DNA of 64,000 nucleotides from Escherichia phage Ec_Makalu_003, in the sequence record MN882349.1; one strand, written 5' to 3'. The notes below the pieces were generated by a model. It saw only the letters and a program-made list of their open reading frames with translations, did not search any database and was not told the origin of the DNA. Below, piece by piece: positions 44,544-58,769 of the stretch. Numbering within the stretch: position 1 is the stretch's first letter; each line of letters starts with the position of its first letter. Made by a program: the position numbers and the translations under genes.

Positions 44544-46342
44544 AACAATTAATTAATATCGGTAACGTTGTTGATGACGGTACAGGTGATTATCTAAGAA
44601 AAGGTGGTCAAAAGATTAATGACAACTTTTCTGAACTTTATACTAAGCTGGGGGATGGTGATATCCCTCATGCATCCGGCGCGTGGAAAACTCACACACA
44701 ACCAGTATTAAAACCAAATTTTGGTGATGCATGGGCGATTAATACAACGAACAACGCTGTTTCTGTTGAATTGCCTAAAGGAAGCGCGAGTGATTATAAT
44801 AAAACAATTAAACTTCGTGATGTTTGGCGCTCATGGGCTGCACATAACGTAACGTTGAAGCCAGCACAAGGTGATACCATTAAGGGATCTCCAATCGACC
44901 GTGAGTTGTATAAAGATTTCATGGATGTTGAATTGGTTTATTGTGCGCCTGGACGTTGGGAATATGTCGAAAATAAACGAGTAGATACTATCACCACTTC
45001 CGATTTAAGCACAGTTGCCAAAGAAGTTTATATTGCAACCGAAGGACAAACAGACTTCCCTAATGTTTTTGGTTCCAATACTTACAATATTCGAAATGTT
45101 GAAGTGTATTATCGCGGTAACTTGCTTTATTATGGCAAGGATTTAACCGATGATTCTAACTATGGTTCAATCGGTGAAAACGGTGATATTGTTCCGCTGG
45201 ACGGTAAAAGCATTAAATTACGCTTCCCTTGTTCGGCTGGTGATACCATTCAAATCATAACTTATATGGACGGTATCGCATCCTTCCGGTCAAGCTATAT
45301 TACTCATACAATCCGCGTTTATGAAACAGGAATGACCACTTTGGAATCCATCCCCGGTGAAGTTTGGGTTGGTGAACTAGCTAATAAGAAAGAATTTACT
45401 AATGCTGAATTAGGCGTAAGTAAGCGAGATCTTATTAATCCAAATTCATTTGAATTGCTGATCAACGGCACACAAATGATTAAAGCGGGTGATGCGGATT
45501 TACCTTCCTTTATTTGTGAAGGCGCTGACGGTGAAACGGAAGAAACCTGCGTACTTGCTGGCGGTCAATGGGTGGAATCTGGGGAAGATTATTCATTGAT
45601 GTTCGACGAAAACAGCGTGGTGACTGGTATTAAATTATCTAAAGCACTAGATAACCGAGATACTATCACAATTCGCTGGTTTAATAATGATATCGGAACA
45701 TTAATGGAATGGGACGGTGTAGGCGGTATTAAAGAAAAAGCAGATAAAATCTATCTTAATAACGAAGATGAAGTTACTCTGACAAATCGAATTGAATATA
45801 CCGATTTCCAAAATCCAAGCCAAGCAACTAAACGCCCAATGGAAGATTATACAGGTCGTGTGATGGATATCTATTCCATATTCGATATTTTCTATCCTAT
45901 AGGCACAATTTATGAAAATGCGCATAACCCAGCTAACCCAGCGACATATATGGGATTTGGTACATGGGTACGTTATGCAGAAAAAGAATTTTTAGTTGGT
46001 TGGTCTTCTGACGCAAGCGATCAAAACTTCGCACTAAACAACAACGATCTTGATACACATGGTCAACCTACACACACCGCAGGTGGTAACGGTGGTGATG
46101 TTGCATACCAGATCAAGAAAAATATGATTCCTGAATTACAGAGCGACGTTCGGGTTCTTGTAAAAGATGATAACGGAAATATTATCATTGGTGGTTGTCA
46201 GGTAGACCCTGATGCAGTAGGTCCAGCGTTTACCAAATATCGAGAAGATAATGTTAAAGTTAATCAGGGAAATACCGACCCATCAATGATTGGTATTCTT
46301 CCTCCATACAGAACTGTCTATCGTTGGCTAAGGGTAGGTTAA
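44540..46342 (+). CDS. 10: baseplate wedge protein gp10
   Basis: 600 aa; canonical order. Confidence 0.85.
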   Translation: MKQLINIGNVVDDGTGDYLRKGGQKINDNFSELYTKLGDGDIPHASGAWKTHTQPVLKPNFGDAWAINTTNNAVSVELPKGSASDYNKTIKLRDVWRSWAAHNVTLKPAQGDTIKGSPIDRELYKDFMDVELVYCAPGRWEYVENKRVDTITTSDLSTVAKEVYIATEGQTDFPNVFGSNTYNIRNVEVYYRGNLLYYGKDLTDDSNYGSIGENGDIVPLDGKSIKLRFPCSAGDTIQIITYMDGIASFRSSYITHTIRVYETGMTTLESIPGEVWVGELANKKEFTNAELGVSKRDLINPNSFELLINGTQMIKAGDADLPSFICEGADGETEETCVLAGGQWVESGEDYSLMFDENSVVTGIKLSKALDNRDTITIRWFNNDIGTLMEWDGVGGIKEKADKIYLNNEDEVTLTNRIEYTDFQNPSQATKRPMEDYTGRVMDIYSIFDIFYPIGTIYENAHNPANPATYMGFGTWVRYAEKEFLVGWSSDASDQNFALNNNDLDTHGQPTHTAGGNGGDVAYQIKKNMIPELQSDVRVLVKDDNGNIIIGGCQVDPDAVGPAFTKYREDNVKVNQGNTDPSMIGILPPYRTVYRWLRVG

Positions 46343-46343
46343 T

Positions 46344-46988
46344 ATGATTTCGAAAACACGTTCAAAAGCTAGTGTATTTTCCAGCGATGCGGCGTTTATT
46401 TCATACGATCCAGGATCGAAAGATCCTGTTATCGGTGGTTCTCGTCCAATTGGTGGCGTTAATGTCGATCAATCAAGAAAAGGTTCCTATGTAAGCAACG
46501 TTCAATCTGCAATTGATGACCTTTATTCATTGTCAATGATCCGAATTGGTGATGTGTTGGTTACAACCAACTCAACTCCACCACAAGCCGCAGGACAGAT
46601 TGAAACTCTGTCATTTTCTGGTTCTGTTAACAATCAGCATAATCCAGACGCAAACAAAGTATTAATTGATGTTTTGGGTTATCCATTTATTGTTGATGTT
46701 GGTTCTTCCGGCGTTTCTCTATGTGAGAAAGTAACGGAAAAATTTACCGAACTAATGAATAAAAACATTATGTTCAAAGAAGTAAAAAGAAAAGGAAGTA
46801 GCAACGACCAATTAGAAATTCATTATATCGATTCTCTTGAACACCCACCAACCGATATTAACAAGTACGGAATTACAATCACAGGAAATGTTGATTCCCC
46901 TTCCCGTGTTGGTTATGGTTCATGGTCTCGCATGGGTACAGAAGAGAAATTTGGAACTACCCTATATTATTTCAAACGTATTGCATAA
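46344..46988 (+). CDS. 11: baseplate wedge protein gp11
   Basis: 214 aa; canonical order. Confidence 0.85.
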   Translation: MISKTRSKASVFSSDAAFISYDPGSKDPVIGGSRPIGGVNVDQSRKGSYVSNVQSAIDDLYSLSMIRIGDVLVTTNSTPPQAAGQIETLSFSGSVNNQHNPDANKVLIDVLGYPFIVDVGSSGVSLCEKVTEKFTELMNKNIMFKEVKRKGSSNDQLEIHYIDSLEHPPTDINKYGITITGNVDSPSRVGYGSWSRMGTEEKFGTTLYYFKRIA

Positions 46989-46999
46989 GGTGATGTATA

Positions 47000-48400
47000 A
47001 TGTCAAACAATACTATTAACCATGTAAAAGACGATGCTCAATACGTCAAGTTTAACCCTGTAAATGATTGGCCTCAAAGCATTACCAACGTACAAGCGGC
47101 TTTAGCCGCTATTAATGGCTTTGCCGTAAATGGATTACCGGACGCTACGGAAGATACAGCCGGGATCGCTGCAATCGCAACTCAGGAAGAAGTAAACGAC
47201 GGGGTAGTAGACAATAAGATCGTGACTCCAAAAACACTGGCTGTTAAAATGTCACGTCCAGATGCTACAAAAGAAGTAAAAGGCATTACCCGATTTGCCA
47301 CAATGGAAGAATCGCTGCAAGAGAGCAACGAGAACATGGCAATCGGTCCAGACACACTAAACCATTACTTCACCACTAAAAAGGCGTCAGAGAGCGTTCA
47401 GGGGACTATTAAGATATGTTCTCTTGAGGCGGCAAAGATTGGCAGTGATGACACAATGGCAGTAACACCGAAAAAGATGCACACTGCCATTGCACAGATT
47501 GTACCGGGATTAATTCCAGATCAAAACACAGCAACCGAAAGCGCACAGGGTTTAGTTCAGTTAGCAACCAGTGCGCAGGTTTTACAAGGCCAGATTCGAG
47601 AAGGTTTTGCAATTAGTCCTTATGCATTTGCAAATGCTCGCGCCAATGAGAATCAGGCGGGTACTGTTAAGATCGCCAGTCAGTCACAGATGAATGCTGG
47701 TTCAGATGATACTGTAGTTGTTTCTGCTAAGAAGTTTGCAAGCACTAAGGCAACAACGTCTCAATACGGTATTGTTAAACTACGAGACACCGTAGGAAGT
47801 GAGGCTAATGCTGCACTATCAGCAAATGCTAAGGTTCTTCCTAGCACTGGCGGTACGGTAAGCGGAAACGTCTATAAAGGTTCAAACTCAGACGGCAACC
47901 AGTTTGTTACTAAAAATGAATTAGCGAATCACGCAATGCCAATTGGTGGTATTATCCTTTCTGGATTCAATGCCGACCGAGGTGACTTTCTGATCTGTAA
48001 TGGTCGTTCACTGAATAAAAATCAATATCCGCAATTATTTTCTGCGATTGGTTATACCTTTGGTGGTTCAGGTGACAATTTTAACATTCCTGATATGCGC
48101 GGTTTAGTTGCTCGTGGTTGCGATCATGGAAGAAACCTTGATCCAGGTCGTCGATTTGGTTCTTATCAAGAAGACGCAATGCAGAGAATTACTGGTAAAT
48201 TCCCTGTAGCTGACCGCTGGCGCGGTTGGTATGGTGGCGCATTTACTGCACAGCGCGGTCAATGGAGCACGAACTATAAAAATGGTGGGGGTGATGATTG
48301 GGGTTCTACTGTTAACTTTGACTCAGGAAGATCCGTAAGAACGGCTAACGAGACTCGCGTCAAGAGTCTGGCATTAAACTATATCATAAGGGTGCGCTAA
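47000..48400 (+). CDS. 12: short tail fibre protein gp12
   Basis: 466 aa; N-terminus 'MSNNT..YVKF' and C-terminal 'NIPDMRGLVARG' region. Confidence 0.85.
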   Translation: MSNNTINHVKDDAQYVKFNPVNDWPQSITNVQAALAAINGFAVNGLPDATEDTAGIAAIATQEEVNDGVVDNKIVTPKTLAVKMSRPDATKEVKGITRFATMEESLQESNENMAIGPDTLNHYFTTKKASESVQGTIKICSLEAAKIGSDDTMAVTPKKMHTAIAQIVPGLIPDQNTATESAQGLVQLATSAQVLQGQIREGFAISPYAFANARANENQAGTVKIASQSQMNAGSDDTVVVSAKKFASTKATTSQYGIVKLRDTVGSEANAALSANAKVLPSTGGTVSGNVYKGSNSDGNQFVTKNELANHAMPIGGIILSGFNADRGDFLICNGRSLNKNQYPQLFSAIGYTFGGSGDNFNIPDMRGLVARGCDHGRNLDPGRRFGSYQEDAMQRITGKFPVADRWRGWYGGAFTAQRGQWSTNYKNGGGDDWGSTVNFDSGRSVRTANETRVKSLALNYIIRVR

Positions 48401-50169
48401 TGATTGAACAATTAAACATCCACGAGATCCCACATGTTGACGGTGTACCAAGCGAAGGACAGCACCGTATTAATTGGATCAAGAATGGCGAATGTTTAAG
48501 CGCAGCAACGACACAGACTGGCAATGACGGGACGCTTAACCGCGCCCCGGTTGCAATTCAAGAAAACGTTGCACGCGTAAACGAAAACGCAAAATCAACC
48601 GTCTCTAAAGTTAACGAGGTTGTAACGGCGGTTAACGATATTAAAACAACTTTAGGGGTAATTTCTGACGGAAGTATCATTGATGTGGTTAACCAGACTG
48701 TCGCAAAAGTTGAATCCGTCGAAGAGAACTTAGGAGAAACAGCAAGAACTCTGCAAACAACGGTAGACGCTGTATCAGAACTTAACATCAAGATTGGTGA
48801 TCGCCCCGCTGCCGATCCGAGCACAAGAACAATCTATGATGACATTTCTTTCATCAAACAAGAAATGGGTTCTTATCCTAACTTTAATATCAATGGTTCC
48901 CCTGATGCTGGCAGTTCCGGTTCTGGCATCAAATACCGAGTTATTCAGAATACCGCAGCATTAAATGACCACGGTCGCCGAATCGTTCAGCTTGAAAACG
49001 ACTGGCAAGATTCTGACGTAGGCGAGTTAACAAGACAAGTTAACAAAATGCGCAGTGAGATCGGCGACACGTCTCTTGCCACACAAGAAAATGTGTATGT
49101 TCGTCTCCGCACCAACGCAAGAAACATTGCTAACCTATCAAACGAAGTTCTAGAAGTCAAGAAAGCAATTTTGTTTGATTCAATCCCTGATATCGGGACT
49201 AAAGTCACTACGCTGGGCACTAATTATGAACTTCTAAACAATGATGTTAATGGTGTAGATTCCGGTATTCGTCCTCGTCTTCTGGCTGTCGAGAATAAGA
49301 TCGGAACGCCTCAATCGGCTGGAAGCATTGATTATCGATTAACCAACACAGAGCGAGAATTTTTAGATCTTAAACAGGTTGTTGGTGTAAGCGGTGCTGA
49401 CGGTTTGCGCGGTGAAGTTGTTCGACTTTCCAATGAGATTGGCACTGACAGCGATCGACATACTCTAGCCGGACGTATTAAAGTTGTAGAAAACACTCAG
49501 GGTCGGTTAGAAGCAAGCGTACAGGACATGGAGCAGATTGTAGGTGATCGCGAATCAGGTTTGACCGCTGGCGTCATTAAACTATCAAGTGATATCTATG
49601 GTGATGATGGTTCAGAAGATCCATTTACTCAGAAAGGCGTGATTAAAATCGTCAAAGAGCTACAAACATCTAACGGAAACAAAGTAGATGATGTACCTGA
49701 TGACGGTTTCCATTATCTGCGTAAGCGCGGAGAATGGGTGCAAGTTGCATATGCTGCTGGATCATTTAAAAATACCGCAGATATTACGGTTGAACTTGAC
49801 GAACAGGATGTTTATAAACAGATTCCACTTAACGACATGGCGGCAGAAGTTAATGCTCGTCAAATGGTGAAAAGTGAATCTGTTGTCACCGTTCAGGACA
49901 AAGGTTTATTCCGTTGTGTATTCCGTTGTGCTGTACAAGCTCAACATAATGCAACATTCACTGTTGCGATTTTCAAAAATGGACAGATGGTATATGAAGC
50001 GAAAAATGGTCATTACGGCACAGACGAATTGATCAGCTATTCTACCAGTGCTTTCCTAAATATTGAAAAGGGAGATCAGATTAACATCCGTATTAAGGGT
50101 GTATCTGCCGAAGCAGTAGCACAGCCAGTACAAATTAAAGAGTTCCTCTTTGGGATTTCTCCGGTATAA
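48400..50169 (+). CDS. wac: fibritin (whisker) with extra C-terminal domain
   Basis: 589 aa; 'DGVPSEGQHRINWIKNGE' N-terminus, coiled-coil body, foldon-like 'DDGFHYLRKRGEWVQV', then about 130 further residues. Confidence 0.85.
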   Translation: MIEQLNIHEIPHVDGVPSEGQHRINWIKNGECLSAATTQTGNDGTLNRAPVAIQENVARVNENAKSTVSKVNEVVTAVNDIKTTLGVISDGSIIDVVNQTVAKVESVEENLGETARTLQTTVDAVSELNIKIGDRPAADPSTRTIYDDISFIKQEMGSYPNFNINGSPDAGSSGSGIKYRVIQNTAALNDHGRRIVQLENDWQDSDVGELTRQVNKMRSEIGDTSLATQENVYVRLRTNARNIANLSNEVLEVKKAILFDSIPDIGTKVTTLGTNYELLNNDVNGVDSGIRPRLLAVENKIGTPQSAGSIDYRLTNTEREFLDLKQVVGVSGADGLRGEVVRLSNEIGTDSDRHTLAGRIKVVENTQGRLEASVQDMEQIVGDRESGLTAGVIKLSSDIYGDDGSEDPFTQKGVIKIVKELQTSNGNKVDDVPDDGFHYLRKRGEWVQVAYAAGSFKNTADITVELDEQDVYKQIPLNDMAAEVNARQMVKSESVVTVQDKGLFRCVFRCAVQAQHNATFTVAIFKNGQMVYEAKNGHYGTDELISYSTSAFLNIEKGDQINIRIKGVSAEAVAQPVQIKEFLFGISPV

Positions 50170-50175
50170 GAAATT

Positions 50176-50198
50176 AAAGGGGCGTTAAGCCCCTTTTT
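50176..50198 (+). terminator. rho-independent terminator after wac
   Basis: GGGGC-GTTA-AGCCCC hairpin followed by TTTTT. Confidence 0.6.
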
Positions 50199-50215
50199 CG
50201 TTTATAGGTGATATT

Positions 50216-51148
50216 ATGTCAGGATATGTAACCAATAACCCAAGAGAATTAAAAGACGCTATTCTGCGTCGTTTAGGCGCACCAGTGATTAACGTAGAAG
50301 TAACAGAAGACCAGATTTACGATTGTATTCAGAGAGCACTAGAACTCTATGGGGAATATCATTTCGATGGTGTGAATAAAGGATATAAAGTATTTCGTGT
50401 TAGCGCAGAGCAAGCACAACACGGGGTATTTGATTTAAGCGATTCTGGGGTATTCGCAGTAACTAAAATTATTCGAACAAACGTAGGTAGCGCGGCTACG
50501 ATGGATGGCACTGCCGTTTATCCGTGGTTTACCGACTTTCTGTTGGGTTTAGCGGGTGTAAATGGCGGTCTAGGATCTGGATGTAGTAAATTTTATGGTC
50601 CAAATGCAATGGGCGGTGATCTAGGATATTTCGAACAGCTTATGAGCTATCGAGCCACTATGCAAAATATGCTCAATCCGCTGCCAGATTATTGGTATAA
50701 CAGCGCAAACGGACAACTTAAGATAACAGGAAACTTCCGAGAAGGTGATCTCATTGTTGTTGAATTATATGTTAAAAGCTATGTAGACGTTCCTGATATG
50801 ATCGGCGCGGTTGCTGGTTATGCTCATGCGGGAGGATGTTCTACCGCTGGAGGAATTAGTGCCGTTTATGATAATCCAACTGCTGGTTTAAGCGGGATTG
50901 TTGCTGGCATGGGACCGATCAGTGAGAACAAGCAGGGCGCATATAATAACCGTTGGGTTAAAGACATGGCAACCGCTTTCACTAAGGAGGTGTGGGGGTC
51001 CATCATGGCTAAACATCAAGGTCTGCAATTACCCGGCGGTGTCACTGTTGATGGTATCCGAATCATTGAAGAAGCACGCGCCGACATTGAGAAATTGCGA
51101 CAAGAACTAGAATTATTAGATCCTCCGTTCGGCATCCTCATGATTTGA
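50216..51148 (+). CDS. 13: neck protein gp13
   Basis: 310 aa; canonical order. Confidence 0.8.
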   Translation: MSGYVTNNPRELKDAILRRLGAPVINVEVTEDQIYDCIQRALELYGEYHFDGVNKGYKVFRVSAEQAQHGVFDLSDSGVFAVTKIIRTNVGSAATMDGTAVYPWFTDFLLGLAGVNGGLGSGCSKFYGPNAMGGDLGYFEQLMSYRATMQNMLNPLPDYWYNSANGQLKITGNFREGDLIVVELYVKSYVDVPDMIGAVAGYAHAGGCSTAGGISAVYDNPTAGLSGIVAGMGPISENKQGAYNNRWVKDMATAFTKEVWGSIMAKHQGLQLPGGVTVDGIRIIEEARADIEKLRQELELLDPPFGILMI

Positions 51149-51184
51149 TTTATTGGGGGAGTATTCCCCCATTTGGAGTAACAT

Positions 51185-51925
51185 ATGTTTAACAACACTC
51201 TTTTTGCTCGCCTTGAATCGCAAAAGGATTATGAGAATACACGACAAACCGAGATTCTCAATCCTTATGTGAACTTCAATAGGCATACTAATACCCAGAC
51301 GTTAGCCGACGTTATGGTCGCTGAAGCTATTCAGATGCGAGGTGTAGAATTATATTACATCCCTCGTGAATTTGTCAAACCAGACATGATCTTTGGCGAG
51401 GATGTTCAAAGCAAATTTACTAAAGCATGGAAATTTGCGGCTTATATTAACTCATTTGATGGGTATGAAGGAGCGGGGAATTTCTTCTCTAGTTTCGGTT
51501 ATCAAGCCAATGATGAACTAACTTTTACGGTTAACCCCAACCTATTCAAGCATCAAGTAGATGATCAAGAGCCAAAATCAGGTGACTTGATTTATATTCC
51601 AATGAGTAATGATTTATTTGAAATTAATTACGTTGAGCCATATCAGCCGTTTTTTCAGGCTGGCAAAAATGCTATGCGTAAAATTATTGCAGAGAAATTC
51701 GTGTATAGCGGTGAGGAATTGCGACCAGAATTACAACGCAACGAGGGAATTAATGTTGATGAGTTTGCGGATCTGGATCTTGCACCGATCACTAATCTGG
51801 ACGGGTTAACAGATATCAACTTAGATCAGTACAAAGAAGATAAGCAATTCAGAAGCGAAGGACAAGATTTTATTGATCCGTTTGATCCTATTAATGGCAA
51901 GGGTTCACCTTTCGCCGATTTTTGA
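51185..51925 (+). CDS. 14: neck protein gp14
   Basis: 246 aa; canonical order. Confidence 0.8.
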   Translation: MFNNTLFARLESQKDYENTRQTEILNPYVNFNRHTNTQTLADVMVAEAIQMRGVELYYIPREFVKPDMIFGEDVQSKFTKAWKFAAYINSFDGYEGAGNFFSSFGYQANDELTFTVNPNLFKHQVDDQEPKSGDLIYIPMSNDLFEINYVEPYQPFFQAGKNAMRKIIAEKFVYSGEELRPELQRNEGINVDEFADLDLAPITNLDGLTDINLDQYKEDKQFRSEGQDFIDPFDPINGKGSPFADF

Positions 51926-51953
51926 TAAATACTCATAAACAAGGGGGGGTCAA

Positions 51954-52787
51954 ATGTTCGGTTGGCACTATAATTCGTCAATTAGACGGTATATTGTATT
52001 GCTGGGTAATTTATTCTCCGGCGTACAAATTAAAAGGGTGCGTAGCGACGGTGAGCGTTTTATTAAAGTTCCTATCACCTACGCAAAGAAAGAAAAATTC
52101 ATGATGAGTCTGGACAAATATAACAATATCTCAAGTGAGGAAGACGTAGCAAAGGTAGAAACTATTTTACCGCGTATGTGTCTTTCTTTGATTGATATGA
52201 CATACGCCCAGAACTTTAAAACAAATATTGCAAATAAGACAGTACCAAAATATACGGCTGATGGAATCAGGAGCGTAACACAATATAATCCTGTACCATA
52301 TAAGTTTACTTTCGAGTTAGGGATTTATACGCGTAACGAAGATGATATGTTTCAGATAATTGAACAGATTCTTCCTTACTTCCAGCCTCATTTTAACTGT
52401 AAGATTAAAGAACTACACGGTAATGATGTATGGATTGATCGAGATATTCAGGTCACAATTAGTTCTATTACTCCAGATGAACAGGTAGGCGAAGATAAGT
52501 TTTCTCGTCGTCGTCTTGAGTGGACCATTATGTTCGAATTTATCGGATTTATATATCCTCCAGCTACCGACGTTAAAGGGGAAATTCGAACGATTTATCT
52601 TGATTTTCATGCCAATTCTCGTGAATTGAATCCTAGCGGTAATTTTGAATCAGTGGATCACGAGGTCGTTAAACGTGACGTCGAGCAAGAAGATTGGGAC
52701 GGAACTATCAAAGAATCATATTCTAGTGATATTCCAATACCAGTTGCACCGACTCCACCGGGTCCACGTAGTGTAAGAGAATTTTAA
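51954..52787 (+). CDS. 15: tail sheath stabiliser / tail terminator gp15
   Basis: 277 aa; canonical order. Confidence 0.8.
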   Translation: MFGWHYNSSIRRYIVLLGNLFSGVQIKRVRSDGERFIKVPITYAKKEKFMMSLDKYNNISSEEDVAKVETILPRMCLSLIDMTYAQNFKTNIANKTVPKYTADGIRSVTQYNPVPYKFTFELGIYTRNEDDMFQIIEQILPYFQPHFNCKIKELHGNDVWIDRDIQVTISSITPDEQVGEDKFSRRRLEWTIMFEFIGFIYPPATDVKGEIRTIYLDFHANSRELNPSGNFESVDHEVVKRDVEQEDWDGTIKESYSSDIPIPVAPTPPGPRSVREF

Positions 52788-52800
52788 GAGGTAATTTATT

Positions 52801-56114
<3,314 letters not shown>

Positions 56115-56145
56115 CGATAATGCATAAAAAGATGAGGAAATTCTA

Positions 56146-58146
56146 ATGACTCTATTATCACCGGGTTTCGAAACGAAAGAAACTACTCTCTCCACTACCA
56201 TTGTGCAATCTGCGACTGGTCGCGCGGCACTGGTAGGTAAATTCCAATGGGGTCCAGCTTTCCAGATTATTCAAGTAACTAATGAAGTTGAATTAGTTAA
56301 TAAATTTGGTCAGCCGGATAATAACACCGCAGACTATTTCATGAGCGGGGCTAACTTCCTCCAGTACGGTAATGATCTGCGTGTTGTTCGTGTATTGAAT
56401 AAAGAAAAAGCGAAAAACGCAACCGCACTGGCTGGTAACATCGAGTTTGAAATCACAAACGAAGGTTCAAACTATGAAGTAGGCGATACCATCAAGATTA
56501 AACATAACCGTCAAGATATTGAAACGGCAGGTAAAGTAACTAAAGTTGATGGTGATGGTAAAGTTAAGGGCGTATTTATCCCAACTGGTAAAATTATCGC
56601 TCACGCTAAAGCAATCGGTGTATATCCAGAACTTGATGGCGGTTGGACGGCAGAGTTCACTTCTTCGTCAGGTAACGGTAGTGCGGCGCTGTCAGTAACT
56701 AAAATTGTTACTGATTCCGGTCTTCTGTTAACGGATCTGGAAACTTCCCGCGCCAATATCACAAATCAAACTTTCTTGACTAAACTCCAGAAGTATGATA
56801 TGCCAGCGGTAAGCGCGATCTATGCTGGTGAGATTGGCAACTCGCTGGAAGTTGAAATTCTGGCACGTAGTGCGTTTAAGAACACTGCACCGGATCTGAC
56901 CATGTATCCTTATGGTGGCGAGCGCACCGCAGCACGCAACCTGATTCCATATGCACCGCAGAATGATAATCAATATGCATTTATTGTTCGTCGCGATGGT
57001 GTTGTGGTAGAATCCTATGTACTGTCTACTCTGAAAGGGGATAAAGACGTATACGGCAATTCTATCTACATGGACGACTTCTTTGCTCGTGGTTCTAGCC
57101 AGTACATCTATGCAACCGCTCAAGGGTGGGTAGATGGTTTCAGTGGTATTATCTCTCTTGCTGGTGGTGTTTCTGCTAACGAAGCAACGACTGGTGGAGT
57201 TGGTGCTGATCCGTTCATCGGTGCGATGATGCAAGGTTGGGATCTGTTTGCTGAACGTGAATCTATTCACGTAAACCTTCTGATCGCTGGTGCATGTGCT
57301 GGCGAAGGCGATGCGTTCTCTACCGTACAGAAACATGCTGTTTCCATCGGTGATGAGCGTCAGGATTGCTTAGTAATGGTTTCTCCGCCGCGTAGCACTG
57401 TTGTTAATATTCCGGTGACTACTGCAATTGATAATCTGATTGCATGGCGCGAAGGTTCAGGAAACTATAATGAAAACAACATGAACATTAATACCACTTA
57501 CGCGGTTATTGATGGTAACTACAAATATCAGTATGACAAATACAACGACGTAAACCGTTGGGTTCCGTTGGCTGCTGATATTGCTGGTTTGTGCGCTCGT
57601 ACTGATGCTGTATCCCAGCCGTGGATGAGTCCGGCAGGTTATAACCGTGGTCAGATCATGAACGTGGTTAAACTGGCAATTGAGCCTCGCAAGGCGCACC
57701 GCGATCGTCTGTATCAGGCCGCAATCAACCCGGTGATCGGTGCTGGTGGTGAAGGGTTTATCCTGATGGGTGATAAAACCGCTACGACTGTTCCCAGCCC
57801 GTTTGACCGCATTAACGTTCGTCGTCTGTTTAACATGCTGAAAAAGAATATCGGCGATTCAAGCAAATACAAACTGTTTGAAAACAACGATAACTTTACT
57901 CGCGCTTCCTTCCGTATGGAGGTTTCGCAATATCTCAGCACGATTCGCTCTCTGGGCGGCATTTATGACTTCCGAGTACAATGCGACACCACGAATAACA
58001 CGCCGGATGTAATTGATCGTAACGAATTTGTTGCTAGTATGTTCATCAAACCAGCAAAATCGATCAACTATATCATGCTCAATTTCACTGCTGTTGCAAC
58101 GGGTTCTGATTTTGACGAAATTATCGGTCCAGCTAATCAGGCATAA
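56146..58146 (+). CDS. 18: tail sheath protein gp18
   Basis: 666 aa; N-terminus 'MTLLSPGFETKETT' and conserved 'NRWVPLAADIAGLCARTD' region. Confidence 0.95.
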   Translation: MTLLSPGFETKETTLSTTIVQSATGRAALVGKFQWGPAFQIIQVTNEVELVNKFGQPDNNTADYFMSGANFLQYGNDLRVVRVLNKEKAKNATALAGNIEFEITNEGSNYEVGDTIKIKHNRQDIETAGKVTKVDGDGKVKGVFIPTGKIIAHAKAIGVYPELDGGWTAEFTSSSGNGSAALSVTKIVTDSGLLLTDLETSRANITNQTFLTKLQKYDMPAVSAIYAGEIGNSLEVEILARSAFKNTAPDLTMYPYGGERTAARNLIPYAPQNDNQYAFIVRRDGVVVESYVLSTLKGDKDVYGNSIYMDDFFARGSSQYIYATAQGWVDGFSGIISLAGGVSANEATTGGVGADPFIGAMMQGWDLFAERESIHVNLLIAGACAGEGDAFSTVQKHAVSIGDERQDCLVMVSPPRSTVVNIPVTTAIDNLIAWREGSGNYNENNMNINTTYAVIDGNYKYQYDKYNDVNRWVPLAADIAGLCARTDAVSQPWMSPAGYNRGQIMNVVKLAIEPRKAHRDRLYQAAINPVIGAGGEGFILMGDKTATTVPSPFDRINVRRLFNMLKKNIGDSSKYKLFENNDNFTRASFRMEVSQYLSTIRSLGGIYDFRVQCDTTNNTPDVIDRNEFVASMFIKPAKSINYIMLNFTAVATGSDFDEIIGPANQA

Positions 58147-58180
58147 TCAGTAAATTAGCATAGATTAAAAGTTAAATCAA

Positions 58181-58199
58181 GCGGGGAGAAAATCCCCGC
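58181..58199 (+). terminator. intergenic hairpin after gene 18 (attenuator/terminator-like)
   Basis: GCGGGGAGAAAATCCCCGC; near-identical hairpin recurs after gene 19. Confidence 0.4.
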
Positions 58200-58219
58200 T
58201 CTATTAAGGAATATCAATT

Positions 58220-58714
58220 ATGGCACTCGATTTGAATGATATTACACGCGGTTTCGAGTCTGGCGATTTTGCTCGTCCTAACCTGTTTGAAGTTGAGATC
58301 CCGTATCTGGGGCAAAACTTTAAGCTGATGTGTAAGGCTGCTACTGTCCCGGCTGCTACCGTAGAAAAAATTGCTGTAGGCTATCAAAACCGTAAAATTA
58401 ACATCGCTGGCGACCGTGTATACGACGACTGGACCATCACTGTATTCAACGATGACGCACACAAGATCCGTGATGCTATCGTTGCATGGAGCGATCAGAC
58501 ACATGGCACTGGTTCGGCGATCACGGGTGCAACTCCTGCACAATATAAGAAACAAGCTATTGTTCGTCAACTTAACCGTAACACCGAATCAACTAGCGAA
58601 AAAACATTGTACGGTATTTTCCCTACCAACGTTGGTGAAGTAACCCTCGATTGGGAACAAAACAACGAAGTTGAAACGTTTGAAGTTACTTTTGCTATCG
58701 ATTGGGTAGAATAA
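58220..58714 (+). CDS. 19: tail tube protein gp19
   Basis: 164 aa; 'FESGDFARPNLF' and 'NRKINIAGDR' motifs. Confidence 0.95.
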   Translation: MALDLNDITRGFESGDFARPNLFEVEIPYLGQNFKLMCKAATVPAATVEKIAVGYQNRKINIAGDRVYDDWTITVFNDDAHKIRDAIVAWSDQTHGTGSAITGATPAQYKKQAIVRQLNRNTESTSEKTLYGIFPTNVGEVTLDWEQNNEVETFEVTFAIDWVE

Positions 58715-58726
58715 ATATATTATCAT

Positions 58727-58745
58727 GCGGGGAGAAGTTCCCCGC
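58727..58745 (+). terminator. intergenic hairpin after gene 19 (attenuator/terminator-like)
   Basis: GCGGGGAGAAGTTCCCCGC. Confidence 0.4.
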
Positions 58746-58769
58746 CTAATTTCTCCCAATTCGAGGTGA

